Shown piece after piece: positions 34,255 to 34,885 of a stretch of 34,885 nt of DNA. Under the pieces are notes generated by a model. The model searched no databases and had not been told where the DNA came from. It was given only the letters and a program-made list of their open reading frames with translations. The translations under genes were made by a program, and so were the position numbers. Origin of the DNA: Octopus bimaculoides (Eukaryota); contig NC_068997.1 in NCBI RefSeq assembly GCF_001194135.2, positions 9,474,219 through 9,509,103 of the forward strand, in the 5' to 3' direction. The number at the start of each line of letters is the position of its first letter. Within the stretch, counting starts at the first letter, position 1.

Positions 34255-34885
34255 AAAAAAAAGATTTGAAATAAAATAAAATAAAATAAAACAGAACTAA
34301 AATATTCAACTAAAGATAAAAATTAAATAACTTTGACACATAATCAATAAAACTTAGATGTTTGATAATTTTTAAAGAAACAATCTGGTATTATGCAGGG
34401 TCTCCAAGGCAATGTTTTAAAAACAAACGCTCTTGTAGAAATGCCCATTGTTGTCAACATCATCAATAATTTTACATCTGTTTTCCAATGCTAGCTGTTT
34501 GTGCTTCAACTAATTCTCTTCACACTGTCCTCTATTTAAACATTCGCCTTCTGTCCAAGTATTCCTGTCACTCTTAATTATTTCACAGAAGCTTTTTCCT
34601 TAGTCTACCAAAGCATTAACAATGTTCTTACCAGCATATCTTATTTGTTCACTCTATTAACATCTAAAACAGACATACATGCTAATGATTACTTCATCAA
34701 TCAAAATTAATCAGTTTCCATAAATTGCCAATATTCATTCAACAAACTATATTCACTACTTCTTTTTTTTTTTTTAATATTTTTCTATCACTAAAAACGA
34801 TTGTTTTCCTTCTTTCTGTTTTATATATGTGTGAGTATACACACACACAACATTATTATGAATTCATACATATTCACAAGTGCTC

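Overview
AT-rich, microsatellite-dense eukaryotic DNA that is almost entirely non-coding. It is most likely intronic or intergenic sequence from an octopus or another coleoid cephalopod. That assignment is my inference from recalled SINE sequences, not a database match. The window contains many copies of several tRNA-derived SINE families and TTAA-flanked piggyBac-type MITEs. It also holds decayed autonomous elements: an R4/Dong-type restriction-like endonuclease C-terminus, RTE-type LINE pieces and a Tigger/pogo DDE transposase fossil. There are three assembly gaps. Nearly every ORF in the supplied track is a microsatellite artefact or within chance expectation. I found no rRNA, true tRNA gene, CRISPR array or prokaryote-type system. 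The most interesting signals are tentative. (1) A phase-compatible chain of four small + strand exons gives a 75-aa peptide that I cannot name and that ends in a C2-strand-like stretch. (2) A degenerate minimal hammerhead-ribozyme motif of the Penelope type lies at 339-373. (3) Short foldback structures recur, including two SINE-derived hairpins that both fold at the Pol III B-box. Repeat coordinates are approximate and were read by eye.
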